A stretch of DNA of 64,000 nucleotides from Octopus sinensis. Taxonomy: Eukaryota. The DNA lies in the NCBI RefSeq assembly GCF_006345805.1, contig NC_042997.1:139748001-139812000 (forward strand), in the 5' to 3' direction. Position 1 is the first letter of the stretch. The number at the start of each line of letters is the position of its first letter. The position numbers and the translations under genes are program-made. Below the pieces are notes generated by a model, which did no database searches, had not been told where the DNA came from, and saw nothing but the letters and a program-made list of their open reading frames with translations. This document shows positions 36,601-48,000 of this stretch, piece by piece.

Positions 36601-38974
36601 CATAAAAAAAATTGTTAAAATACTGTGTGTACTGTAGAAGTATAACCGTTTTCATTGCACATGAATTTCAACAACCAAATCTTATATGGACCCTGGTTGA
36701 GAACCACTGATCTAATTCTCTATCCCAGTACTGCTTCTTTACATCAACCATTAACTTTCAAAGGTTCAAACTAAACATTAGCTGTATTTACTTTTTACAC
36801 AACTAGCCCCTTAACAGTTTAAGAAGAGCCTGGAAACACTATGGGGTATTTGTACCTCACATCTTCTAGACTACATTAACCCTTTAGCATTTAAACTGGT
36901 CATATCTGGCCAGAAGTATTCTGCCTGTTTTATGTTCAAACTGGCCAGATCTGGTCTCTCACACTAATCCTACAATATCATTTTAAAAATTAACAGCTAC
37001 CTCATCATAATCTCATAGCTACAAGATAATGCATGATTAGTTCAAAGCAATGTGGATAAAATAGGATTAATTTTGGCAGAATAATGCGAACACTAAAGGG
37101 TTAAATTAAAAGAAAATACAATTTGAAGATCTCTTTCGGAGCATATTTTCTCTCCAACAAATAACCTGCTCCAGTTCAAGCTGAACATCAACATCACTAA
37201 CCTCACATTGTTATGACTATCCCACTCAATAATAACACTATAAACATTACTCTCTTCCTTGTCAACCTAACACATTTTTTAAACCAAGACAAATAGCCAA
37301 ACATTAAATGGTTTACAGACCATCATTTGAAGTAGAAGCCTTTAACAAACTCTCATACTTGGCAGAATCATTAGCTTACCAGACAAAATGCTTAGCAGCT
37401 TTCTTTCCAGCTCTTTACATTTAAAGTTCAAATGTCAGAGATCAACTTTACTTTTCATCTTTTAGGGCGGTTGATAAGATAAAGTATTAGTCAAGTATTG
37501 GGTTCAATGTAATTGACTAATCCCCTTCTCCTACAGTTGTTGGCCTTATACCAAAAATTTGAAACTATTATTTCATCCATATCATCCGTTATTTCATTTA
37601 TGTTACGTCATTTTCCTAGTTCTGACCTCATCCCTTAACATCAAGTCTTTTTCAACTGATCTTTCTATATTAGTTGCTATCTTCTAAAAAATTCTTATTT
37701 TCTAAGATATAATCTGATCTGGTTTCACTATGTCATATCACAGATTTTCCATTGTCCAAAAGTTTCTATTGTATATAATTGTACTTAATTTCCTTTCAGT
37801 TTAAGTATTTCCTGCAAAGCTCTATATTCTGAGTTCAAGCGTGTTAAAGAGATTGCATCAAAAGTTAACAAGTTACCACTCACTTTAAAGAGGTAAGAAT
37901 CTGATTGTTGCATATGTTTTCTTTGTAACCAGTTCTCTTATGAATTTAAAAGGACAGACTAGTTCTTAGCTTCTATTTTAAAAGTAATTTGCACCTTTTC
38001 ATGTTATTGTCATTTACTTCATTAAGGAGACCTATGATCTCAGACAATATCATTCAATGTATCCCTCCCCTAGGATGGTAGGGTGTAATATGAATGACTT
38101 GGCTGCTGTTTCAAGCATGTCAAGTGACTACATAGAGGTTCCCTTGACTTGTTCACATATGAGACTCAGTAAGTAGAAACACTTGTCATATAATGTCTTA
38201 CAGACTAAATGCTATTTGTTAATTTACTGCATTCTCTATAAATCTTTATTTAACCAACAATCATTGGCTTTTAGTTGATCATCAGCAGCTAGAATATTAT
38301 TATGACTTCTATATGTCATACTTAATATCTGTGTAGAAGAGTGTGTGTGCTAGTTTCAAACGGTGCTCGAGTGGTTGTCTATAATCCTTAGTGAATATTA
38401 TTAAGACTCATAGATATCTGCTTTAATACACAGGTAGTGTTTGTCTAATAATGTATTATGATGCACATACACGAGGCTATACTCATAAAATCTTAAGCAT
38501 ACACATGTAAATAGATTGATTCGTGTTCACTGAGGATTTCGGACACCTACCTGATATTATGTATTTCAAAGTTTACAAACTTTCTACATGTGTATATAAT
38601 TTAAAGTTTTCATTTTGTTTTCACATGTAATACTCCAAATTCACTCACATTTGATAGATATACAAACAAGCAAACATTTATCCATGAACACTCAGGCATG
38701 GCTCTAGGCACATGTGTGGCTATGTAGTAAGAAACTCGCTTCCCAACTACATGGTTTGGGGGGAGGGGGGTTGTATACCACTTAACAGAATAATTTCAAA
38801 AAGATAATGTGTAATTGTATTTATTATAGCCTTGAAGATGATTCATCCAGCGGCCAAACCTATTACTCGCATAAAATAGCTGCTATGAAATACCAAGATA
38901 TTTGGAACCAATTGCTGAAGGGAACCTTAAAGACATGGGTTAAAAAGCCAAAAGAATTTATGCAATTCTTATGA
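17511..38974 (+). CDS. ADAT1: tRNA-specific adenosine deaminase 1 (A37 of tRNA-Ala), complete, 10 exons, 478 aa
   Basis: Exons 17511-17658, 20962-21039, 22930-22984, 26049-26185, 27699-27907, 29230-29504, 33098-33291, 34958-35060, 37800-37892, 38830-38974 join in frame (1437 nt). Motifs: [80 protein letters not shown]. No dsRNA-binding domain precedes the deaminase, so ADAT1 rather than ADAR. Confidence 0.95.
17955..18810 (+). mobile_element. Degenerate Tx1/L1-like LINE fragment (AP endonuclease plus linker region) in ADAT1 intron 1
   Basis: Stop-free stretch [42 protein letters not shown] (cf. the IIxGDFN motif of LINE endonucleases); CpG-rich relative to flanks. Confidence 0.4.
18867..19345 (+). 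repeat. Structured repeat copy C (more diverged) in ADAT1 intron 1
   Basis: ATTGGTTGG, ATTGGCGCAAT, CCAATCG, TATAAAA 19056-19062, hairpin AGACCT-TTTG-AGGTCT 19099-19114. Confidence 0.8.
19690..19811 (-). mobile_element. Truncated copy of the piggyBac-type MITE seen at 36880-37100
   Basis: Ends GCTAAAGGG|TTAA (19812-19815); reverse complement of the MITE left part. Confidence 0.55.
20962..21039 (+). CDS. ADAT1: ADAT1 exon 2
   Basis: ttcag|AT..AATG|gtaaat; [25 protein letters not shown]. Confidence 0.95.
21486..21610. repeat. Compound (TA)n/(CA)n/(TACA)n microsatellite
   Basis: Direct inspection; source of the His/Thr-rich spurious ORFs. Confidence 0.95.
22337..22462. mobile_element. hAT-type MITE nested in a SINE head
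   Basis: TIR CACTAGCATAGCT / AGCTATGCTAGTG; 8-bp TSD GGTGTGGC vs GATATGGC (6/8). Confidence 0.7.
22930..22984 (+). CDS. ADAT1: ADAT1 exon 3 (HAE zinc-binding/catalytic motif)
   Basis: tctag|GT..TCG|gtaatt; [17 protein letters not shown]. Confidence 0.95.
24490..25370 (-). mobile_element. Degenerate RTE-clade LINE, RT C-terminal portion
   Basis: Minus-strand translation [41 protein letters not shown]..; [16 protein letters not shown] (FADD motif decayed). Confidence 0.8.
26049..26185 (+). CDS. ADAT1: ADAT1 exon 4
   Basis: tgcag|G..CCAT|gtaagt; [21 protein letters not shown]. Confidence 0.93.
27699..27907 (+). CDS. ADAT1: ADAT1 exon 5
   Basis: aacag|GT..AAT|gtgagt; (C)[15 protein letters not shown]. 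Confidence 0.92.
29230..29504 (+). CDS. ADAT1: ADAT1 exon 6
   Basis: ttcag|GTG..GCAAA|gtaggt; [46 protein letters not shown]. Confidence 0.95.
30744..30803. repeat. (TG)n microsatellite
   Basis: Direct inspection. Confidence 0.95.
30840..31900 (-). mobile_element. Penelope-like element 3' fragment with degenerate GIY-YIG endonuclease
   Basis: Minus strand CYCSNCRTC..; [39 protein letters not shown], i.e. decayed LIY/YIG motifs, then a long 3' UTR. Confidence 0.8.
31945..32916 (+). mobile_element. Second Penelope-like 3' fragment, inverted relative to the first
   Basis: [37 protein letters not shown] (GIY-YIG C-terminus) plus a 3' UTR reverse-complementary to 30840-31585. Confidence 0.8.
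33098..33291 (+). CDS. ADAT1: ADAT1 exon 7
   Basis: tttag|C..ACAA|gtaagt; [22 protein letters not shown]. Confidence 0.92.
33765..33986. mobile_element. Mariner-type MITE
   Basis: Imperfect TIRs ..CTGAAAAAGTTCCTGGTTTT / AAAGCCAGGAACATTTCAG.. flanked by TA. Confidence 0.55.
34958..35060 (+). CDS. ADAT1: ADAT1 exon 8
   Basis: tgcag|CA..CCA|gttagt; [27 protein letters not shown]. Confidence 0.9.
36473..36709. mobile_element. hAT-type MITE
   Basis: TIRs CAGTAGTTCTCAACC / GGTTGAGAACCACTG; perfect 8-bp TSD ATCTAATT at 36465-36472 and 36710-36717. Confidence 0.9.
36880..37100. mobile_element. piggyBac-type MITE
   Basis: TTAA|CCCTTTAG ... CTAAAGGG|TTAA. Confidence 0.85.
37800..37892 (+). CDS. ADAT1: ADAT1 exon 9
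   Basis: ttcag|T..AG|gtaaga; [30 protein letters not shown]; phase 2/2 fits neighbours. Confidence 0.82.
38830..38974 (+). CDS. ADAT1: ADAT1 terminal coding exon
   Basis: tatag|C..TGA; [38 protein letters not shown]; AATAAA follows at 38980-38985. Confidence 0.92.
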
Positions 38975-39187
38975 TATTTAATAAAAAAATATTTTCTTTA
39001 ATAGATATATTTTGATATAAGTAAAACTTTAAAATAAATTTTAAAAAACCTTTGTGTAAATTAAATCTTTATTTAAAAAAAAGCTTGGTTTCAGGTGCAG
39101 TTTCTCTTGAGCAAGTGTCTTCTACTATATCTCCAGGCTGACCAAAGCATGAGTGAATTTGAAAGAGGGAAACTGTGTGGAAGCATC

Positions 39188-39234
<47 letters not shown>

Positions 39235-40735
39235 CCAGCAATATAAACAAGAATGTATTTTGCACTGAAAGCCAATATGAGTCTAGCAGAACATCCATGT
39301 TTAAGTGGGGATAAATATTACCTCTCAGTATTTAATACTGACTCTGTCACTAATATATATTTTATAAATATTATGATATACACATATAATGTGTGTTTAG
39401 ATCATCATCATGACCATCATTTTATGTCTGCTTTCCATGCTGGTATATGTTAGATGGCTTGATAGGTTGGATCCTTCCTCTGATATCTCACTTTTAGCAT
39501 AGTTTTTTTTTTCAATTAGATGCTCTTCCTAACACCAATGTCTCCACAGAGTACTAGATGCATTTTTCATGGTACCAGTATCATAAATGTTGTCTTACTC
39601 TCAGCAAGACCAAATAGTCCTCTCAAACCAATGTCAGTACTTGATCTACCAACAACTTTACAGATTGTGCATTTATCATGGCACCAGCACTTGCACAGTT
39701 GTATTGTAATTCACCAGAATAAAGAGCATCCACAACTAAAAGACAGAATATGAGAGAGAGGGGTGAGTTTGGACAAGATATTCAGAAGTTAAAAGTATGA
39801 AGGAAAGAATAAGTTTGTTTTGAGAGGGTGGTAAGGGAGAGACTAACAGACATGACAGTGTTAGGGAAAAAAGTAATTGAAGAGAAAGGGAAAGAGTAGT
39901 GTTAGGGGTTAGTGTGAAAGAGAGAGAGGAACAGAATATAATTAATGGGGTGGGTATTGGTGAGGTTACTCAGAGCTATCCAACATTGTATATCATCACC
40001 ATTTTATATCTATATTCCATGATGGCAGTGTAGGACAGTTTGACAAGATCCAGTGAGTTGAGGAACCACATCGTCGCTAAGTTTCTACAACCAGAAGCCT
40101 TTCCTAGTACTAACCATTCCAATGTACACTGGGTGCATCTTTTGTGGCACCAGTGTCAGAAAGGCTTACCATGCCCCCAACAAGACAAAATGTTCCTCTC
40201 AACCCCACATAAAAACTGCTTGATTTCCCATCCACTTTACAGAGTGTACTGAGTGCATTTATCATGGCACAAGCAATTGTGTGGTTGCTTTGTAACTCAG
40301 GCTAAATAGACCCTGATGACTAAGAAGTAGAATATAAGTGAAGATAATTACTTTAGGCAAGGAACTGAGAATTTAAAGTATGATGAGAGAACAGGTATAT
40401 TTTTGTAAGAGAGTACTATGGGAAAGACTATCACAGACGAGAAAAGAGTAGTAGTCAGGCAGGAGACAGAAGAATAAAGGGGGAAAAGCGATGGGGTGAG
40501 CTCAATAGAGGTGGATCCAGTGCTATCCTAGATAGCACAGGATCATTTTATGTCTGCTCTCCCTGCTGACATGAGTTATATGGTTCATCAAGATCTGAGT
40601 TACAGCTCTTAGGTTGTAGGATCATGCATACGCATACTGTCAAAATTTATTAATAGAAAATGTGCAATAAAACAGCATATTGATTTTATACATTATCATT
40701 ATGACCAAGACAGATATTTGGAGAATTATTTTAAA

Positions 40736-41113
40736 CTAGCAGTATCGCTCGGGTTTGTAAGGGAAATAACTATATAAGCATTTTTAGAGAGTTATAGCAA
40801 AAAAAATGCATTAAAAATTGAAAAAAAATTAAGGTAAATTTTTTTTAAAATCGTTAACACATCGTAGATATTTTTAGAGAGTTACTTCCCTTATATAATA
40901 GCGAAAAAAATGCATTAAAATGGAAAAATATGATGGTAAATTTTTTTTAAATCGTAGACTCATTGTAGACGCGCGCTAATACCCAGAAGGGCTCGATATG
41001 AATCACGACTATAAGATACCCGCTTTTGGTTAAACTGCACCGCAAAATGTGGGAGTAGTTACAAATCTAAATCGTAGGAGACAGACACACAACTTCACTC
41101 TTATATATAAAGA
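40736..41113 (-). mobile_element. Non-autonomous Helitron
   Basis: Minus strand reads A|TCTTTATATAT ... ACTGCTAG|T (TC start, CTAG end, inserted between A and T); internal tandem duplication. Confidence 0.7.
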
Positions 41114-41225
41114 TATAAGCCACGTAGTTATATACACATACTTTGTTATATAAACATTCTTAAAAGAAAATGTTATTTTGAACACAACATTTATAAAGAA
41201 TAAAATATTTTTTGGTTTTTCTTAA

Positions 41226-42281
41226 CCCTTTCGTTACTATATTTCTGACCAAAATACACCCCTTATGTGTTTCAATTAATTTCTAACGTAATCATAAATT
41301 TAGTCTGGTTTCATTAAACAACTATAACTTTTTTATTTATCAATATATTAACATGAATTTTGGAAGATAATTTAATGAAATGTTCTCAACCAATTCTATA
41401 CTATAATTTTTGTCACAAAGTGACTCTAATTGTAGGTAGATACAGGTAAATTCAACAATATATAAAATTATTAAAATTTTGTTCAAACATCGCTATAGAA
41501 AATGGGTTATTAGCTAATATTCAATTGGGTATACAACAAAATTTTACGATAGAATTTGTTATTCTGGGTAACTTTCTGATACCCATAATAATATTTATGG
41601 CAAAATAAGCCTTAATTTCATTTAAGGTTGTGGGAAATAACAAACTATCCTTTCTTTCGCTTTGTTTACGTTTAGCGTAACAGTTCGTTTCCGCCGTAAT
41701 GATTTAAAATGGGCTCATTCGAAAAAGTAAAAAGAAATAGTCTAAGGCTTTACTCTTCTGGGAAAGTCTGTGGCTTGGTCCAGTTTCTTCAGAAAAATCA
41801 CCGAAAGAAACAGTTTTTAAATTTTCACTCCATTCAGGTGCCAATTCATTTTCTTTATCGCTGTCGGAGCTCTCGGATTCACTGTTTTCACTTTCGGAAA
41901 ATGAAACATCAGATTCATTATCAAATACCACATGCTTTTTTTTATGAAGGTCTTCAGTAGAAAATCCTTCGAATTCTGACTCACTGCTTGATATAATGAA
42001 ATTTGTATCCATTTTTTGTCAGAATTACAAATTTTGAAAACACAATAGGAACAAATTTCGGAAAAAAATCTCCCATAATTCACGGAATTAAAATTACACT
42101 TCGATTTTTGTACAAAACTGTAGTTGAACTGTTTACGAAGTATAATACGTGTTTTCACGAATGTACTAAAGAGATTTACTCTGATATTCTCATTTAAATA
42201 TGAATAGGTATATTCGGGCGGTTTGGGGTGGCTTGGTCACATTAACCAAAATTTTTTTCGGGCGGTTTGGTAATGAAAGGG
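41226..42281 (-). mobile_element. Internally deleted piggyBac transposon retaining the transposase N-terminus
   Basis: TTAA at 41222-41225 and 42282-42285; TIRs CCCTTTCGTTAC / CCCTTTCATTAC; subterminal TTCGGGCGGTTTGG x2; ORF 41704-42012(-) acidic SESEFEGF..W..F..GP..LDYFFLLF. Confidence 0.88.
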
Positions 42282-42474
42282 TTAAACGGATGCATACATT
42301 TATTAATAACTATATATAAGTGTCGTCTGTTTATACATAAACACTGTTTCATACTGCAATTATATATACATATATCTATATATAATATTATATAATAAAA
42401 TATATACAGAATATGTGTATATATTTATGTATGTGTAAATATATACTGAAAGAAGCTCGGCTCGCCAATTGATA

Positions 42475-43278
42475 CTAGCAAAATTTAACGACAGAAAGTA
42501 AAATAAAAACCAATTTACCTTTTCTGTATTGTTATAGCAATTCGACCGTCCGTGTGTCTTTGCAAATGTGTTGGAATGAGAAGTGAGTTGTGTTTGTATG
42601 TAGTTGTTTGAAACGTTTGTGTTTGTCACTGTCATATATGTATGTGTATGCGTGTGTGTGAGGAATGACACACACACACTCACGCACGCACACATGTACA
42701 TCAATGCTTTCGGAGTGAAATGTTAAAATATTGAGTTTTCTCGAATTTTGTCTTAATTGGGGGTAAAATTGAAAGAAATTTTGTATGGCATGACCCAATG
42801 GAAGTACTTTGAAAAATCATGGGTAAACTCTAATTGAAGAAATTGTGTGAGGAGTAAATCGTTATGTATTTATTTGTTTCTGTTTGCTGTGTTTTTTTTT
42901 TCTAGTAGTGGTTTAAGGTACACTTCTCTCGTGTTATAGAAATAGTTTCACTTTAATCGTTGCAAACTTGCAAAGAGAAAGTTGTAGAAATTAGAGTGAT
43001 AGCGTGAGTGAATCAGATCGCTCCGTTTTTGTGTGTGTGTGTGTGTGTGCGTGTGCTATAGCCCACACTAAGAAAAGCACTTGACTCAGACACCACAATG
43101 TGAGTTTTCTCTAAATTTTGCTTAATTGGGGTTGAAATTTTAAAAACTGGACCTGGCACGACCCGATGCATTCTACTCTTAAAAATGCTAGGTAAATTGT
43201 AATTGAAGAAATCCAATATTGTAGATTTCTATAAGAGACAAAGGGAGGCAGATAAAATCTGCCTTTTATAATAAGAGA
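42475..43278 (-). mobile_element. Non-autonomous Helitron-like element with internal dimer
   Basis: Minus strand starts A|TCTCTTATTATAAAAGGCAGAT-TTT-ATCTGCCT (subterminal hairpin); candidate CTAG|T end at 42475-42478; 42720-42850 resembles 43105-43220. Confidence 0.55.
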
Positions 43279-44626
43279 TATGTTAAGAAAGAAACATGAA
43301 TATTAAAAGCCATTCAAATTAAAGTACCAAAACTGTTTATTACATAACTACATTGGAAACATTACTGGATGTAAATAACAAAAAGAATTTTTTTAATATG
43401 AAACATTCATCACGTGGAAACAAGACAGATTTAATCAGCATTTATTTTATGCTCATCTCATTTGAACCAAACATAAAAAACACATCCTTGTCAAAATAGC
43501 TGCAATGTCAGTTATCTCATTTATTTTGTTATTTTGCACTTTTAGCTGTCTTGTTATGACATATCTTGTGATTAGTGTTCAGAGATTTTAAATTCAACCT
43601 CTGTCTTTTTTGCTAAACATTTCTAATAAATGGCCCGCCTGGACCGTTATCAGAGCATTTGATCCTATATGAACTAATTGGACGGCAAAATGAATACAAA
43701 TGCTCTGACTGCCATACTGCACTTCATGCAACAAATTGTAAAATGACAAAGTCAACATTATGGTCCCTGATATGACAAGATTGCTGAATTTGTGGACCAT
43801 ATCCAAAGTATTGATCAACTGTATCTGTAATACTCGTCTACTCAAGTAGAGCTGACTGTGAGTATTCGTGAACGACAAGACACTATTCTCTTGCTATGAA
43901 ACTGACAAGGAAACCTAATTGTTATATCACAGGTAAATGTTTTAAAAAGAGATATTCCAACGATTGATGGAAGTATTCAAATTTTTAGAATGCTGTTATG
44001 TAAATATGGAACAGTGACAATGGTAAGTTTTACAATCTACTGAGTCATAACTAAAAACTTATATTCATGTAAAAGCTCTGAGACATCTCTCTACTCTTTA
44101 CACCTATAGGATTTGATCTGTATTGCAAACTAATGGAGCAGCTATCTATTAGTTCTTCACCCTGCTTCATACAGCAATAAGCCATGCCTTTTCGTGAGAT
44201 CTATTTACAGCAAGGTGGATGGACTAAACCACTAGTTCATGTTCTTATTAATAGTACTGATCGAGATAGGAACCCAAAGCTCTTTGTTGGATGGGCTGGC
44301 AGTTAAGTCAATCAGCTATGACCTATGCAAGCATGGTACATCTTTTGTAAAAATATTAAAAAATAGAGAACTCCAAGACAGGTAGTAGAGCCCTAATTTG
44401 AGTTCCGATAATTGATGAAAAATTTGGTCTACGCATCATAGATCATAAAGTACTAGACACTGGGTATAAAATGTAGGCTGTAAGACTGTAAAATTGTAAA
44501 TAGACCTGTCTTCAGGTTTGCTAGTATAGAAATTTTTAATCATTGTACAATTATAATGTTCCTTGTTATTCATCTTACAATGTGACTCTCCTAGTTAATT
44601 TTCTTTCAGAACCTTCAGAAGTTTAC

Positions 44627-44637
44627 TTTATTTTATT
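44627..44637 (-). promoter_or_regulatory. Candidate polyadenylation signals of SCYL3
   Basis: Two overlapping AATAAA on the minus strand about 400 nt past the stop. Confidence 0.45.
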
Positions 44638-45024
44638 AATGTTCTGAGGCAGTGTTGTAAAACTGATACTCTTGCAGTACTTCTGCTACTACTACAGAAA
44701 TTTGAGGTTGCTGTAGTAAGACAATTAAGGAAAAAATCACTGGTGTAGAATGATGCAAATTAAAAATATATTTGTGTTCTGATACACAGAAATAATTGCA
44801 GTATGTATATGATGTTTGCTGCATTTGCTTCAATGATATTATTTAAAATATTTAAATAAAAACCAAGGATATATTTGAAATATTTCTTTCATTTCAGCAA
44901 ATATTCCTTATTTTCTCTCGATTTTAACTCTGAATCAGAACACAAACTCCGTCATGCACAACTCACATGTGTCCACATGTAAAGCTCTTACCAACAGACA
45001 AAACAAGATGAAAATTTATAAATA

Positions 45025-45087
45025 TTAATTTATTTTAGAGTTTATTTCTTCCCAGTTTAGATCGTCACCCCAGCCGTCTATGTTTAC
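45025..45087 (-). CDS. SCYL3: SCYL3 terminal coding exon
   Basis: ttcag|GTA..TAA; VNIDGWGDDLNWEEINSKIN*. Confidence 0.88.
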   Translation of the reverse strand, partial: VNIDGWGDDLNWEEINSKIN

Positions 45088-48000
45088 CTGAAAAGAAAAA
45101 TATTTATATATTTCAACTATTTACATTAAACAGTAATATTTAAATTCATTAAATTATGATTTTAAATAATATTCAAGAGAAAAAAAATTCAAAAGAGGTA
45201 TGATTTAATATTATAAACTCTGAGTGGATATTTATACAAATTTTTTTCCTCTATTTATCTTTTCATGCAAGTATAATTAGGAATGCAAACTAAGTTAATT
45301 AGAACTTTTGCATATTGCTGGAACAGCTATTTCTACAGTTTGGCAGTCAGGCAAACTGAGACAAGTAATACTATGTGGTTTGCTCTGTGGCCCTGCTGGG
45401 ACACCACATTGAAGAATTTTTAGTTGAATGAATCAACCCAGTACATCTTTTTTAAAGCCTGGTACTTATTCTATCGGTCTCTGTTGTCCAACTGCTAAGT
45501 TATGGGGATACAAACACACCAACACTGGTTGATAAGTGTAGTGGGACAAACACATACATACACACATATGGGCTTCTTTTAGTTTCCGTCAACCAAATCC
45601 ACTCACAGGGCTTGGTCAGCCCAAGGCTATAGTAGAAGACACTTGCCCAAGGTGCAACACAGTGGAACTGAACCTGGAACCATGTGGTTGGGAAACATGT
45701 TTCTTACCATACATCTACAACTGCATCTATTTGTACAAGGAAAACTTTAATTAAGATAATAATGTTTATGAACATTTTTTTTAAGCAATTAAGAAAATAG
45801 ACTTACCTCAGCAGCATCTTCTGAAATAGCAAAAGACAATGAACTCTTCAAAATTTGTTCCTCTTTAAAATTTGAGTCATCAGAATGACTAGTAGAAAGA
45901 GCTATTTCAGACAGTTCTGCTTTGGAAGAACTGGATATCACAGGCTGCATATCAGCAAAATAGTCAATTTCTTGGGACTTCTTAGGTACCTTAATATTCA
46001 TGATGTCAAATTCTTCACCAAGTTGTTTGGCAGAAATGTTTTTAGACACATTGGCAGAATAATGTAGGCTATTAGGTGAAATTTCTTGTCTAGAGTGTGT
46101 TTTAATGACAGTCAGTGCATGGAGGTTTGAATCTATTGAGGGCTGGTCTCCTGCCCATGAACTATTAAAGTCAGCTGTTGAAGACCAAGTTTCATCTAAT
46201 TTAGAGTTGGTATTATTAACTGAAGTTACATCTGCTGAGTTCAAATGGATATCATTGACAGCGTTTCTTAGAATTTCATTGTCTAGTTGCTTCTTATTTC
46301 TAACAGAATCACCTACTGAACTCATCTGAGCTAGCTCAGCTTCAATTTCACGTTCAAAATACTGATTTTTTTCATCATCATCCCATTCTTCAGGGTTGTC
46401 CCAATCTACCCAGTTATCGGGATCATCTGGTTTATATTTTTCATATATCACTTCTGCTGAAGGGTCAGTAATTTTCACTTCTACAGAATTATCTTCAATA
46501 ATAAAATCTGGGGAAAAAAAGAGAAAAAAAATGAATAACAAAACCCAAGATATTTAGATGTTTTGCATAAGAATGAATCTGAACCATTACTACTTCCACT
46601 TTAGAATATAAATTACTTAGATATAATATTGTGAAAAAAATACTATATGGACTCTGAATTTGTTTCATGTCCAATATAACTGAAATAATGTTCAAAGATT
46701 ATCGGACAATTGTTGCATCCAGTAAAGAATGCAACCATTTTCTGAATAAGTTATTTACTGTTGTTTTAAGGAAACAGTAAGAAACAATTTTACCAAATAT
46801 ATACAGTGGCTTACCAATATTTTTAGCTCAGATTTATATTTAATACATTCCTTAAATACATAGGTATTTACATGTAAGTGCAAGAATGGTTAAGAAATTT
46901 GATTCCCATGGTTTTAGGTTCAGTCCACTGCATGGCATCTTAAGCAAATGTCTTTTACTAGCACCCCAGGCTGAGACAGAAGCAGAAAGAAACCCATTAT
47001 GTGTGTGTAAATGCATGTGTGTGTGTGTGTGTGAGAGAGAGAGTGTGTTTGTGTGTTTGTGTCTCCTTGTCTTGACATCACGTTATTGCTGTAAATGAAT
47101 GTCATTCATTTCCATTATTCTATGAAAATACATCTAGCCATGAGGTAATATTACCTTGCTTGGAAACAGGTAAGTGTTGGCAATAAGAAGGGCACCTGGC
47201 CAATGAAAATCTGCCTCAATGTACTCTGTTCAACTCATGTAAGCATAGAAAAGTGGATGTTAAAATGATGATGCAGAGGAGGAAGAGGAAGAAGGGTTAG
47301 CTGAGACTTTAAAATGATACTATAAATTTTATTCACATCTCATGGAAATAACTGCAAGCTTAACATATATCAGAAACAACTCACCTTTCTTGGGTACGCT
47401 GTCAATCACTTTAGCTGCCTTGTCATTATTTTCAAGAATTACTTTACAATGTTTTTTATCTGTTTCTTCATCTGTATGTTTATTAGATTTCCTCAAAGGA
47501 CTTCTTCTGTAAAAGTAAATGCAACACAGTAAATATGAATTTCTGCTGTAAGAGTAAAAATTACAATGCACATTTTGTACTTAGACCAAGCAAAAAAAAA
47601 AAAGAAAAACCCAATTGTGCTATGGACCTTTGCCAATTTATGTCCATGGTACATCACCTATGATCTGAAGTAAGCATTAACTATAACAATGCATCAAATA
47701 TCAAATAACATAAGAAAATAATAGATGATTACTGTTTACTTATTATCGTTTCCTGAGAGAAGATTCTAAAATAGCACTAAAACAGTACTAAAATTAACAA
47801 TTGCAACATGGAAGATGCTTATAAACCACTTAAGAACACACAAAAAAACGTTAGATAACTTCAACATTTAAATGTAACTTGTGTCAAAATATTTTTGTCG
47901 TTTTGAAATCACGACCTGTTCACTGACAAAACTTTATGCTGAAGTTTTGTCAGTGAACAGGTCACGGTTTCAAAGTGACAAAAATATTTTGACACAAATT

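Noticed and set aside
17511-38974. Calling the deaminase an ADAR
   Set aside because: The start Met leads straight into the deaminase domain with the ADAT1-type [13 protein letters not shown]-terminus; no dsRBD or Z-alpha exons found.
38708-39190. SINE apparently split by the last ADAT1 exon (exon capture)
   Set aside because: The downstream piece has its own remnant head (AAGCTTG), so two independent partial SINE copies is more parsimonious; the exon is clearly ancestral ADAT1.
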